Below are positions 36,893-46,462 of a DNA stretch of 64,000 bases, in pieces. The notes under the pieces were generated by a model that was not told the origin of the DNA, did not search any database, and saw only the letters and a program-made list of their open reading frames with translations. Position numbers and translations under genes: made by a program. The stretch comes from an uncultured Candidatus Binatia bacterium (lineage in GTDB: Bacteria > Desulfobacterota > Binatia > UBA9968 > JAJDTQ01): assembly GCA_965213675.1 (NCBI GenBank), contig CBDCAF010000018.1, forward strand, positions 7,840 to 71,839, read 5' to 3'. Position 1 is the first letter of the stretch. Each line of letters begins with the position of its first letter.

Positions 36893-39800
36893 TTGGCCAA
36901 TTCTCGCAACTTCAGCGAATATGATAAAGCAACTACAGACTTGCCCGCACCGCTTGAGAGAACGCCCTTGGAAGACGCCGCCCGACTATTACCCGAACGT
37001 TTCCCCGACGTCGGGGAACTCGTCGAAGTGCGTTCACGCCGCTGGCTGGTGGAGGCGGTGGAGTCGGAATCGGGCCGCGTCAGCCTTGCCTGCGCGGACG
37101 ACGACGCCCAAGGGCAGACCCTGGAGGTCTACTGGGAATTCGAGATCGACCGGCGCATCCTTGAGGTGGAGGCGTGGAACGCCATCGGCGCCAAGGGGTT
37201 CGACGCGCCCCGCCACTTCAGCGCGTTCCTCCACACGTTGCGCTGGAACTGCGTCACCGCCACCGACCCGAATCTCTTCCAGTCGCCGTTCCGGGCCGGC
37301 ATCAAGATCGACGCCTACCAGATGGAGCCGCTCCGCAAGGCGCTTCGGCTGCCACGGGTCAATCTGTTCATCGCGGACGATACCGGCCTCGGCAAGACCA
37401 TTGAGGCCGGTCTCATCGCGCGGGAATTGTTGCTACGCAAGAAGGTCAAGACGATGGTCGTCGCCGCGCCGGCCTCCGTGCTGGAGCAGTGGAAGGCCGA
37501 GATGGAAGAGCGTTTCGGTCTGCTGTTCGTGATCCTCGACCGCGCTTACCTCACGCAGGTCCGGCAGGAACGCGGCTTCGGCGTGAATCCCTGGCGTACC
37601 CATAGCAGGTTCCTGGTGTCCCACAACCTGCTCATTGACCCGACCTACGCCGATCCGATGCGTGAGTGGCTCGGGGCTCTTCTGCCCGGCAGCCTGCTCA
37701 TCCTCGACGAGGCCCACCATGCCGCGCCGTCGAGCGGCGGGCGTTACGGCATCGAGTCGAAGTTCACCCGGGCGGTCCGTGATGTTGGCGGCCGGTTCGA
37801 ACACCGTCTGTTTCTGTCCGCCACTCCCCACAACGGCCACTCCAACAGCTTCTCCACGCTGCTTGAGCTGCTTGATCCGTACCGTTTTACCCGCGGCGTG
37901 CCGGTGCGGGGAAAGAAGGACCTCGACGAGGTCATGGTCCGGCGCATCAAGGAAGACATCCGCGAGGTGCAGGGCGGCTTCCCCAGACGGCACGTGGAGC
38001 CGGTTCGGATCGATGGCCTGCCGGACGACGCACCGGAACTCGTTTTGTCGAGGCTCCTTGACGAATATCGCGGCTTGCGGGAGCAGCGGCTGGCCGGCGC
38101 CAGGCCGCGAGCCCAGGCCATGGCCGGTTTGCTCGTGGTGGGGCTGCAACAGAAGCTCCTGTCATCCATCGAAGCGTTCGCCATCTCGCTCGCGCGGCAT
38201 CGCAGGACGATTGAGCGACTTTGGGCGCAAGACACTGAAGACGGTCAGAACGTCCCGGATACACGGGTTGAGACCGTGGCGACCGAACCATTTCTGAAAC
38301 TGTTCGCAAAACCGCCGGACGCGGACGACGAACGCGCGGAACAGACCGACGAAGAGAACGCGGCCGAGGAAGAGGCGCAGATCACGGCCATCAACGAGAC
38401 TGCCGAGCTAGGTACCCCCACGGATGAAGGAGCAAAGGCGGCTTGGGATAAGGAGCAGGCCCTCCTGACTCGTATGCACGAAGTCGCCGATGGCGCCCGC
38501 GGCCGCCCTGACGCCAAGACCCGCCGCCTGATCGACTGGATCTACGACAACCTCTGTCCCGACCGCCCGCGCTGGAACGAACGGCGGGTGCTGATCTTCA
38601 CCGAGAACGTGATCGGCACGAAACGGTACTTGCGCGAGATGCTGGAGCAGGCCATTGCCGGCACCGACTTCGCCGAGGAGCGCATCGAGACCATTGACGG
38701 CCAGACCGCCGGCGCCAGGCGCAAGGAGATTCAACGTCGCTTCAACGCCGATCCGGCCCACGATCCGTTACGCATCCTCATTGCCACAGACGCGGCGCGC
38801 GAGGGGCTGAACTTCCAGGCGCACTGCACCGACCTGTTCCACTTCGACCTGCCCTGGAACCCTGGCCGCATCGAACAGCGCAACGGCCGCATCGACCGCA
38901 AGCTGCAACCGGCCCCGGAGGTGCGCTGCCACTACTTCGTGCTGCCGCAGCGCGCCGAGGACCGGGTACTTGAAGTGCTGGTTCGGAAGACCGCCACCAT
39001 CAGGCAGCAGCTCGGCAGTCTCTCCAAAGTGATCGATGACGAGGTGGAGCGCCGGCTGCGCGAAGGCATCCGTCACGGAGACGTGGAGCGCATCGCGCGC
39101 GACATTGAGGCGGCCGATCTCGACCGTGAAAGGCGACGAGTAGCGGCCGAGGAACTGGAAGCCGCCCGCGAACGGCAGGACGACTTGAAGGGGCAGATCG
39201 AACGATGCCGCGGGCTGCTGGACCAGTCCCGCCGCTGGGTGCAGTTCGAGGCGCAACCCTTTCGCAACGCTCTGTCCTGTTCCCTGGAGATGCTGGGTGC
39301 GGAGCCGTTGAAGGAAACACGTACCGACGATGGCGGGGTGGTCTGGACGCTGCCGCCGCTGGCGGGCAAGGCGCGGGCGGATGCAAGTTGGACCGCCACA
39401 CTGGACACGTTGCGCGCGCCGCGCAAGACCGACCAGAAGCTCGCGGAATGGCGGCAGCAGGCGCCGATTCGTCCGGTGGTGTTCGAGGATGCGGGTGTGC
39501 TCACCGACGACACCGTGCATTTGCACCTGGAACAACGCATGGCGCAACGGCTGCTGGCGCGCTTTCGCTCCCAGGGCTTCGTCTACCATGACCTGTCCCG
39601 CGCCTGTCTCGTGCAGGCCGCGGACTCCGTCCCTCGGGTGATTCTGCTGGGGCGGCTGTGTCTCTTCGGACGCCATGCCGAGCGTCTGCACGAGGAGTTG
39701 ATCCCGGTGGCGGCCCGCTGGGTCGAGCCGTCGCGCCGCAACGGGCCGCTCAGGGCCTATGCCGAGGAGGCGGAAGCACGAACGCTGGAACGCCTGGAGA

Positions 39801-40234
39801 CGGCCTTGCAGAGCGCACGAGGCCCGAACGAGACGATTCACCGCAGGCTGCGCGACATTGCCGCTCAGGATATCGAAGACCTGCTGCCGCAACTCGAAGA
39901 CCGCGCCGAGGGTGTGGCCCGGAGCGCTGGGGACAGGCTTCGCGCACGTGGCGAAAGGGAGGGACAGCAGCTTCGGGAGACCCTGGAACGTCAGCGCCGG
40001 CGAGTGGAAACGGAACTCGGCAAGCACGAGGGCCGCGGAACCCAGCTCACGCTGGAGTTCAGTGAAGCCGAGAAGCGCCAGCTTCAGGCCGACATCGCGT
40101 CGTGGCGCGTGCGTCTGGACCGGTTCGACAAGGACCTTAAGACCGAACCGGCCCGGATCCGCGAGTTCTACGAAGTGCGGGCACAACGAGTCGAGCCCAT
40201 CGGCTTGGTGTACCTGTGGCCGGACACCGGTTGA
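36893..40234 (+). CDS. drmD: SNF2-family helicase, DISARM class 1 DrmD-like
   Basis: Contains DDTGLGKTIEAG, LILDEAHHAAP, LSATPHNG, IATDAAREGLNFQ, DLPWNPGRIEQRNGRIDR. TTG start, with no earlier in-frame start. Confidence 0.8.
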   Translation: MANSRNFSEYDKATTDLPAPLERTPLEDAARLLPERFPDVGELVEVRSRRWLVEAVESESGRVSLACADDDAQGQTLEVYWEFEIDRRILEVEAWNAIGAKGFDAPRHFSAFLHTLRWNCVTATDPNLFQSPFRAGIKIDAYQMEPLRKALRLPRVNLFIADDTGLGKTIEAGLIARELLLRKKVKTMVVAAPASVLEQWKAEMEERFGLLFVILDRAYLTQVRQERGFGVNPWRTHSRFLVSHNLLIDPTYADPMREWLGALLPGSLLILDEAHHAAPSSGGRYGIESKFTRAVRDVGGRFEHRLFLSATPHNGHSNSFSTLLELLDPYRFTRGVPVRGKKDLDEVMVRRIKEDIREVQGGFPRRHVEPVRIDGLPDDAPELVLSRLLDEYRGLREQRLAGARPRAQAMAGLLVVGLQQKLLSSIEAFAISLARHRRTIERLWAQDTEDGQNVPDTRVETVATEPFLKLFAKPPDADDERAEQTDEENAAEEEAQITAINETAELGTPTDEGAKAAWDKEQALLTRMHEVADGARGRPDAKTRRLIDWIYDNLCPDRPRWNERRVLIFTENVIGTKRYLREMLEQAIAGTDFAEERIETIDGQTAGARRKEIQRRFNADPAHDPLRILIATDAAREGLNFQAHCTDLFHFDLPWNPGRIEQRNGRIDRKLQPAPEVRCHYFVLPQRAEDRVLEVLVRKTATIRQQLGSLSKVIDDEVERRLREGIRHGDVERIARDIEAADLDRERRRVAAEELEAARERQDDLKGQIERCRGLLDQSRRWVQFEAQPFRNALSCSLEMLGAEPLKETRTDDGGVVWTLPPLAGKARADASWTATLDTLRAPRKTDQKLAEWRQQAPIRPVVFEDAGVLTDDTVHLHLEQRMAQRLLARFRSQGFVYHDLSRACLVQAADSVPRVILLGRLCLFGRHAERLHEELIPVAARWVEPSRRNGPLRAYAEEAEARTLERLETALQSARGPNETIHRRLRDIAAQDIEDLLPQLEDRAEGVARSAGDRLRARGEREGQQLRETLERQRRRVETELGKHEGRGTQLTLEFSEAEKRQLQADIASWRVRLDRFDKDLKTEPARIREFYEVRAQRVEPIGLVYLWPDTG

Positions 40235-40239
40235 GACCC

Positions 40240-43200
40240 ATGCCTGCGCCCGACCCACACACCCGCGCCCATCTCGAATGGCTCGGCTTCATCCAGCCGA
40301 ACGGCCTCGTGGTCTCCGCTCCGGCCCTGGTCAAGGCTGGGGCCATCCTCAACCGGCACGATGTCGAAGGGCAGGAGTTGCTGGACGCTTGGTTGAACCA
40401 ACGCGATGGATCGCCTGCGCGCCCTCGGGAACAGTGCCTCCAGGACTTCCGCGTATTCGCGAAGACCATCCTCGGCTGGGGTTTCTCGCCCAAGGGATAC
40501 GCGGGTACGGAGGAGACCCCTATCCCGGCGGCACTTAAGGTTCCTCTCCCCGACTACGGAGAGACGCTGCGTCCGGACTTCGCGGTGTGCGAGCGCGACC
40601 CGCAGGCCGGGGAATTGCCGTGGCAGTTGCTCGTGCAGGTGCTGGAAGAGGGTGAAGGCTTCGACAGGCCGACCGCCGGCGGACTGAAAACCTCTCCGCA
40701 GGATCGAATGGAGCGCCTCCTCCGCAGCACCGGAGTTCCTGCTGGTGTGCTCTTCAACGGCGCTGCGCTACGTCTCGTCTCGGCCCCGCGCGGCGAAAGC
40801 TCCGGCTGGATGGACTTTCGTTTGGCCGACATGGCCCAGACCGCGGGGCGGCCTCTGTGCGCGGCGTTGCGCCTTCTTTTGTGTGAGCAACGCCTGTTGA
40901 CAGGGCCGAAGGAACATCGCCTGGCGGCGCTGCTCGCCGACAGCCGCCGGTATCAGAACGAGGTCAGCGAGCGGCTTTCCGAGCAGGTCATGCACGCACT
41001 CTATGACCTCCTTCGAGGGTTCCAGGCGGCCCAGGACGAATCCCGCGGAGAGCTGCTGCGGGAACCGCTCTCCGCGGAAGGCGACCCCAACGACATCTAT
41101 CGCGGCCTTCTCGCCGTCATCCTCCGCCTCGTCTTTCTGCTCTACGCCGAGGAGCGCCGCATGCTTCCGGGCGGCGAGACCTTCATCCAGCACTATTCGG
41201 TTGGCGGCCTCTACCAGCGCCTGCGCGAGGAGGCGGCCTTGCACCCGGATACCATGGATCAGCGCTACGGCGCGTGGGCGCAGCTTCTCGTGCTGTTCCG
41301 CCTTATTCACGACGGGGCGGGTGGGCACAAGACCGGAGGCAGCGTCAGCCTTCCGGAACGCCGCGGCGTTTTGTTCAACCCGGATCGGTATCCGTTCCTC
41401 GAGGGCCGTCACAGCGGCGGCGGCCGGCAGATCACCGAGCGGGTCCAGCCGCCGCTGGTCTCCGACGGCGCCGTCTACCGGGTGCTGGAGAAGCTGGTAG
41501 TCCTCGACGGCGAGCGCATTTCCTACCGCACCCTGGACGTGGAACAGATCGGGTCCGTTTACGAGGTCATCATGGGCTTCCGTCTGGAGACCGCCACCGG
41601 CCGGTCCATGTCCGTCAAGTCCGCCAAGAAGCTTGGGGCGCCGAGCACCGTCGATCTCGACGAGTTGGCGAGACAGCCCGGCGAACGTCGTGGGAAATGG
41701 CTCCAGGACCGCGTGGACCGCACCCTCACCGACACCGTCAGGAAGGGACTGCGGGCAGCCGATACGGTGGATGACCTTCACTTGGCGCTGGACCGGGTGC
41801 TGGACAAGGACGCCACGCCGGACCTCGTCACTCCCGGCTCCCTGGTGCTGCAACCCAGTGATGAGCGCCGCCGCTCGGGCTCCAACTACACGCCGCGGGA
41901 ACTCACCGAACCGATTGTCCGCCACACTCTGGAGCCCCTGCTCAATCGGCTTCGCGGCGAGGATGGACAGGCACCGTCTCCCGCCCGGATTCTCGACCTC
42001 AAGATTTGCGATCCGGCCATGGGTTCCGGCGCCTTTCTGGTGGAAACCTGTCGCCAGCTCGCGGATGCGCTCACCGAGGCATGGCACAAGCACGATGAGA
42101 CGCCGGTAATCCCGCCTGACGAAGACGAGGGGATCCATGCCCGCCGTCTGGTCGCCCAGAAGTGCCTCTACGGCATCGACCGGAATCCCATGGCTGTGGA
42201 CCTGGCCAAGACCTCGCTGTGGCTCAGCACGTTGGCGCGGGACCACCCGCTCACCTTCCTGGACCACGCGTTCCGCCATGGCGACGCCCTCGTCGGATTG
42301 ACCCGGAAACAGGCCGAGGCGTTCCACTGGATCCCGGATAGACCTCCTGAAGAGGGTTTCGAGATCATGAGGGTGCGGGAACACATGACGGAGTTGGCCG
42401 CGCTGCGCCAGCGCATCAGGGACGCGGGCGAGGATGTCTCCGATCAAGAACTGCACGACATCTGGCAAGATGCGCGCGACGAGCTTGGCGCCGTCCGGCT
42501 CTACGGCGATCTGGCGCTGGCGGCGTTCTTCGCTGAAACCAAACGGGGGCCAAGGGAAGGGAAGAGGCGCGAATTCGCCGCAGCCGCCTGGGGTGGTCAG
42601 GCCGAGCGCTACCTGGGATGGATCGGGGACCAGCGCGGCAGCGACCCGCCGCTCGCTCCTTTCCACTGGGAAATCGAGTTCCCCGAGGTGTTCGAGCGCG
42701 AGAATCCGGGGTTCGACGCGTTCGTCGGGAACCCGCCGTTCGCCGGGAAAAATAGCGTCGTCGCTGGTAACGTCGTGGGTTATCCCGACTGGCTCAAGAC
42801 CGTCCACAGAGAGAGCCACGGCAACGCCGACCTTGTAGCGCACTTCTACCGGCGTGCGTTCAACCTCCTGCGTGAAGGGGGCGCGTTCGGTCTGATTGCC
42901 ACCAACACCATCGCCCAAGGCGATACCCGTTCCACCGGACTGCGCTGGATTTGCGAGAACAACGGCTCGATCTTCCGCGCCACCAAACGGGTCAAGTGGC
43001 CCGGCGACGCGGCCGTGGTGGTCAGCGTGCTGCACGTCGCCAAGGGCGAATTTGCAGGAACCAAGGTGCTCGACGGCAGGGATGTGGAGAACATCACCGC
43101 GTTCCTCTTCCACAAGGGCGGCCACGCCGACCCGGCGCGCCTCGAAGCGAACGCCGGCAAGAGCTTCCAGGGAAGCATCGTCCTCGGAATGGGCTTCACC

Positions 43201-45390
43201 TTTGACGACACGGACAAGAAGGGCGTCGCCAACCCGCTGTCGGAGATGCAGCGGCTGATCGAAGCAGACCCGCGCAACGGCGAGCGCATCTTCCCGTACA
43301 TCGGTGGCGAGGAGGTGAACACCAGCCCGACCCACGCCCATCACCGATACGTGATCAACTTTGAGGACTTTCCGTTGCGGAGGGAGGACCTGGGAAAGCA
43401 GTGGGCGGACGCGGGGGAAGACTTGCGCCGCACATGGCTGCGGCGCGGGGTGGTCCCGCTGGACTATCCGGAGCCGGTGGCAGCGGATTGGCCGGATTTG
43501 CTGGCGATTGTGGATGAGCGAGTGAGGCCGGAGCGAAGCAAGCTCACGAAGAATCCCATCGGTCGAAAGCGAGCGGAGTTCTGGTGGCGTTACGGCTCGA
43601 CGGCAAACGAACTCTACGCCGCCAGCGCCAGTCAGCCTCGAGTTTTGGTGATTTCGAGATACGGACAAGTTGCTGCATTCACGTTCTTGCCCGCCGGCGC
43701 TGTCTATAGCGATTCATGCATCATATTCCCGGTCGACACCTATGCCGCCCTGTGCGTCCTCCAGTCCCGCCCCCACGAGATCTGGGTGCGCTTCTTTGGC
43801 TCGTCGATGAAGGACGACCTCCGCTACACGCCATCCGACTGCTTCGAGACTTTCGCTTTTCCTGATGATTGGGCAACGGCCACGGCGCTGGAGGCCGCAG
43901 GCAAGGCGTATTTTGAGCACCGAGTGACGCTGATGCTCTGTAACGGTGAGGGTCTGACCAGAACCTTAAACCGCTTTCATGACCCCTACGATGGCAATCC
44001 GAATATCATCCGTCTCCGAGAACTCCACGCCGCCATGGACCGCGCCGTCCTCGACGCCTACGGCTGGACCGACATCCCCACCGACTGTGATTTCCTCCTC
44101 GACTACGAAATCGACGAGGCTACTTGGGGCGTGAAGAAAAAGCCGTACCGCTATCGCTGGCCCGACAAAATTTGCGACGAAGTCCTTGCTCGCCTTCTCG
44201 CCCTCAATGTTGAGCGTTCCGAAGAGGAAGCCCGTGCACGGCTGGTGCAGAAGCCGGTCCGAAAGAAACGCCATCGCGTCCTGATGGTGGCAGAACAACC
44301 TCCTCTCTGGGATCGTCCAATGACTGACCAGACTCCACAGCGGTTCACGCCGTTGGTGAAGCGCTCTCGTCCCAAGCCTTCGACGATCTATCCGGTTCTC
44401 TGGAAATTTGCGTGTGAGCGCCAGCGGGTCTATCTACGGCGCGTCGCAGGCGACCCAAGCCCGTGGACTACGGACACTGTGCTGTCAGAATACAAGTTCA
44501 CGAATGCCTTCAGAGCCGCTGACAGGGTGAGTCAGTACCTGATTCAGTTGATCTATTCTGATGCTAAGGCCAGCGGCGCCAACGTGTTTCTGAGAGCCCT
44601 TTTATTCAAGGTCTTCAACAAGATCGAGACGTGGGACAGGGTCGTTAACGGACTCGGCATGCCTGTCGCTCACGAGTTCGACTACGCGGCGTGCGACGAT
44701 TTGCTTGTCAATCTTCGTCGGCAGGGGGCGCCGATTTACTCCGCCGCTTACATCATGCCATCGGGAGGACGAGTCGGGATGCCGAAGCACCGGATGCATC
44801 TCGAACTGATTCGCAGAATGCTTGATGAACGCCTTCCGGAGAAGCTGCAGGAGTCGAAGTCGCTGGCTGAAGCCTACGAGATGGTTCTTTTGTATCCCAC
44901 GTTGGGACCCTTTCTCGCTTTCCAGTACGTTATCGACCTAAATTATTCGACCCTGATGAACCACTCGGAACAGAGATTCGTGGTTGCCGGCCCCGGCGCC
45001 TTGGATGGACTGTCCAAGTGCTTCGAGTCGCTTGGGGAGTATGATCCGGCCGACGCCATCCTATGGTTGTCCGACATCCAAGCGGACGAGTTCGCGCGGT
45101 ATGGACTCGAATTCGGGGGTCTATGGGGACGCCCGCTTCAGCCGATCGATGTCCAGAATCTGTTCTGTGAGGTCTCGAAGTACACTCGGGTGACACATCC
45201 AGAGATAAGAGGCCTGACCAAGCGTAAACGCATCAAGCAAAGATTTGCGATGACAGGGCCGCTCGCCAAGCCCTTCTTCCCGCCCAAATGGGGCTTGAAT
45301 CAACGAATTGACGAGTGGCTCCCGCGCCGAACGGGTGCAACTCTCGAACAACGCGAGCTTTTCTTCCCAACCCCAGCCAGGCCTACGTGA
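40240..45390 (+). CDS. drmMI: N6-adenine DNA methyltransferase (Eco57I/type IIG-like), DISARM DrmMI-like, fused to an extra C-terminal domain of about 356 aa (from 44320)
   Basis: SAM motif ICDPAMGSGAFLVE and catalytic FVGNPPFAGKN. ATG lies 5 nt after the drmD stop. The C-terminal part has no methylase motifs: LWKFACERQRVYLRR...PWTTDTVLSEYKFTNAFRAADRVSQYL. Confidence 0.8.
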   Translation: MPAPDPHTRAHLEWLGFIQPNGLVVSAPALVKAGAILNRHDVEGQELLDAWLNQRDGSPARPREQCLQDFRVFAKTILGWGFSPKGYAGTEETPIPAALKVPLPDYGETLRPDFAVCERDPQAGELPWQLLVQVLEEGEGFDRPTAGGLKTSPQDRMERLLRSTGVPAGVLFNGAALRLVSAPRGESSGWMDFRLADMAQTAGRPLCAALRLLLCEQRLLTGPKEHRLAALLADSRRYQNEVSERLSEQVMHALYDLLRGFQAAQDESRGELLREPLSAEGDPNDIYRGLLAVILRLVFLLYAEERRMLPGGETFIQHYSVGGLYQRLREEAALHPDTMDQRYGAWAQLLVLFRLIHDGAGGHKTGGSVSLPERRGVLFNPDRYPFLEGRHSGGGRQITERVQPPLVSDGAVYRVLEKLVVLDGERISYRTLDVEQIGSVYEVIMGFRLETATGRSMSVKSAKKLGAPSTVDLDELARQPGERRGKWLQDRVDRTLTDTVRKGLRAADTVDDLHLALDRVLDKDATPDLVTPGSLVLQPSDERRRSGSNYTPRELTEPIVRHTLEPLLNRLRGEDGQAPSPARILDLKICDPAMGSGAFLVETCRQLADALTEAWHKHDETPVIPPDEDEGIHARRLVAQKCLYGIDRNPMAVDLAKTSLWLSTLARDHPLTFLDHAFRHGDALVGLTRKQAEAFHWIPDRPPEEGFEIMRVREHMTELAALRQRIRDAGEDVSDQELHDIWQDARDELGAVRLYGDLALAAFFAETKRGPREGKRREFAAAAWGGQAERYLGWIGDQRGSDPPLAPFHWEIEFPEVFERENPGFDAFVGNPPFAGKNSVVAGNVVGYPDWLKTVHRESHGNADLVAHFYRRAFNLLREGGAFGLIATNTIAQGDTRSTGLRWICENNGSIFRATKRVKWPGDAAVVVSVLHVAKGEFAGTKVLDGRDVENITAFLFHKGGHADPARLEANAGKSFQGSIVLGMGFTFDDTDKKGVANPLSEMQRLIEADPRNGERIFPYIGGEEVNTSPTHAHHRYVINFEDFPLRREDLGKQWADAGEDLRRTWLRRGVVPLDYPEPVAADWPDLLAIVDERVRPERSKLTKNPIGRKRAEFWWRYGSTANELYAASASQPRVLVISRYGQVAAFTFLPAGAVYSDSCIIFPVDTYAALCVLQSRPHEIWVRFFGSSMKDDLRYTPSDCFETFAFPDDWATATALEAAGKAYFEHRVTLMLCNGEGLTRTLNRFHDPYDGNPNIIRLRELHAAMDRAVLDAYGWTDIPTDCDFLLDYEIDEATWGVKKKPYRYRWPDKICDEVLARLLALNVERSEEEARARLVQKPVRKKRHRVLMVAEQPPLWDRPMTDQTPQRFTPLVKRSRPKPSTIYPVLWKFACERQRVYLRRVAGDPSPWTTDTVLSEYKFTNAFRAADRVSQYLIQLIYSDAKASGANVFLRALLFKVFNKIETWDRVVNGLGMPVAHEFDYAACDDLLVNLRRQGAPIYSAAYIMPSGGRVGMPKHRMHLELIRRMLDERLPEKLQESKSLAEAYEMVLLYPTLGPFLAFQYVIDLNYSTLMNHSEQRFVVAGPGALDGLSKCFESLGEYDPADAILWLSDIQADEFARYGLEFGGLWGRPLQPIDVQNLFCEVSKYTRVTHPEIRGLTKRKRIKQRFAMTGPLAKPFFPPKWGLNQRIDEWLPRRTGATLEQRELFFPTPARPT

Positions 45391-46462
45391 TTTCGCGGTA
45401 AAGAAGTTGCCGTTGATTCATGTCGAGCGTTACGTGTCCTCCCTCGTGTTCCCGGAGAGACCTGAACACGCGATATCCTTTGAGAATGGCGGTTTCCCAC
45501 CGCCATAGGGGAAGTTTGGCGACCTCGAAGCCTTGTATGAACTCCTTTACGGCCTTGAGCAGGTCATAGTCGACCTGGTCGATATTGTCGTAGTAGTTCA
45601 TTTTCTTTGCCCGGCTGAATACAATGGCGGATACGGCCTCTTCGATAATTCTCGCCCGCGCACCGTCCTCGTTCTCGTCCACCAGTGGATCGCTCTTCCG
45701 CTTGCACTTCAGTAGGTGTCTTATGACAGGTGACCATCCGAGGTACACGGCGTAAGCGAAATGGAAAACATCGTGAAACCGGTAGAAGTCAGGCTGTCCG
45801 ATATTGTCCGTCAGGCGATCCCCGAAGTTCAGTCCGTTACACCGGAGTATGGCCGTCACCTTGCTGTCCCGCTGGACTTGGCGAAAGTCGATATCGAGTT
45901 TACGTGGGAGCTGTTCCTCTTCCGGGAAGCCCTCATCGAAGAAAGGTGGGACGACATACCTCTCGGGCCATCGGCTCTGCGTCTTTTCCTGGTTCGTTCG
46001 CGCGGCCTCGTAGAGGTCGACGCCGGCGCCTTCCGCAACGTGAAATAGGGCGTCCCAGGTTGGCCCAAGCCTTCCGGAATCCATTCGGTCACGGTTTTGC
46101 ACTGCACTGAGTAATTCGCCCGCCGCAACCCCGAGGGCCACTCCATCCCCCAAGGGTCCTGGGCTTCGCCCCGATAGGGCCTGCGCTCGCTTGTTCGCAC
46201 GGTTCAGTGCCGACGGATCAAGAATGGCGGAGAGGCGCGCCAAGTACCAAAGACAATCTCCGATTTCTTCGACGAGCCGCTTACGGTATGCGGGATAGGC
46301 GTCGGTTTCACGTTGTTCCTTTTTCAATTCGGCGAGAACACTCCCCGCTTCACCGAAAAGACCTGCCGCAAGGATGAGGGCGTGGTTCGGTTTGTCGACG
46401 AGTTGATCCGTTCGCTTTGCAGACTTGGCGTATTCAATGAGCCAAGACATCGGCTTTCTCAT
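45383..46462 (-). CDS. MazG-like (all-alpha NTP pyrophosphohydrolase) domain protein with a C-terminal extension
   Basis: Contains LAAGLFGEAGSVLAELKKEQRE...RLVEEIGDCLWYLARLS. C-terminal region has FGDRLTDNIGQPDFYRFHDVFHFAYAVYLGWSPV. The stop overlaps the drmMI 3' end by 8 nt. Confidence 0.65.
   Translation of the reverse strand: MRKPMSWLIEYAKSAKRTDQLVDKPNHALILAAGLFGEAGSVLAELKKEQRETDAYPAYRKRLVEEIGDCLWYLARLSAILDPSALNRANKRAQALSGRSPGPLGDGVALGVAAGELLSAVQNRDRMDSGRLGPTWDALFHVAEGAGVDLYEAARTNQEKTQSRWPERYVVPPFFDEGFPEEEQLPRKLDIDFRQVQRDSKVTAILRCNGLNFGDRLTDNIGQPDFYRFHDVFHFAYAVYLGWSPVIRHLLKCKRKSDPLVDENEDGARARIIEEAVSAIVFSRAKKMNYYDNIDQVDYDLLKAVKEFIQGFEVAKLPLWRWETAILKGYRVFRSLREHEGGHVTLDMNQRQLLYREIT

Noticed and set aside
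36921-37532. Alternative ATG-initiated ORF (203 aa) at the start of the drmD region
   Set aside because: It is out of frame with the SNF2 motifs and P/R/S-rich. The TTG-initiated frame at 36893 carries all helicase motifs.
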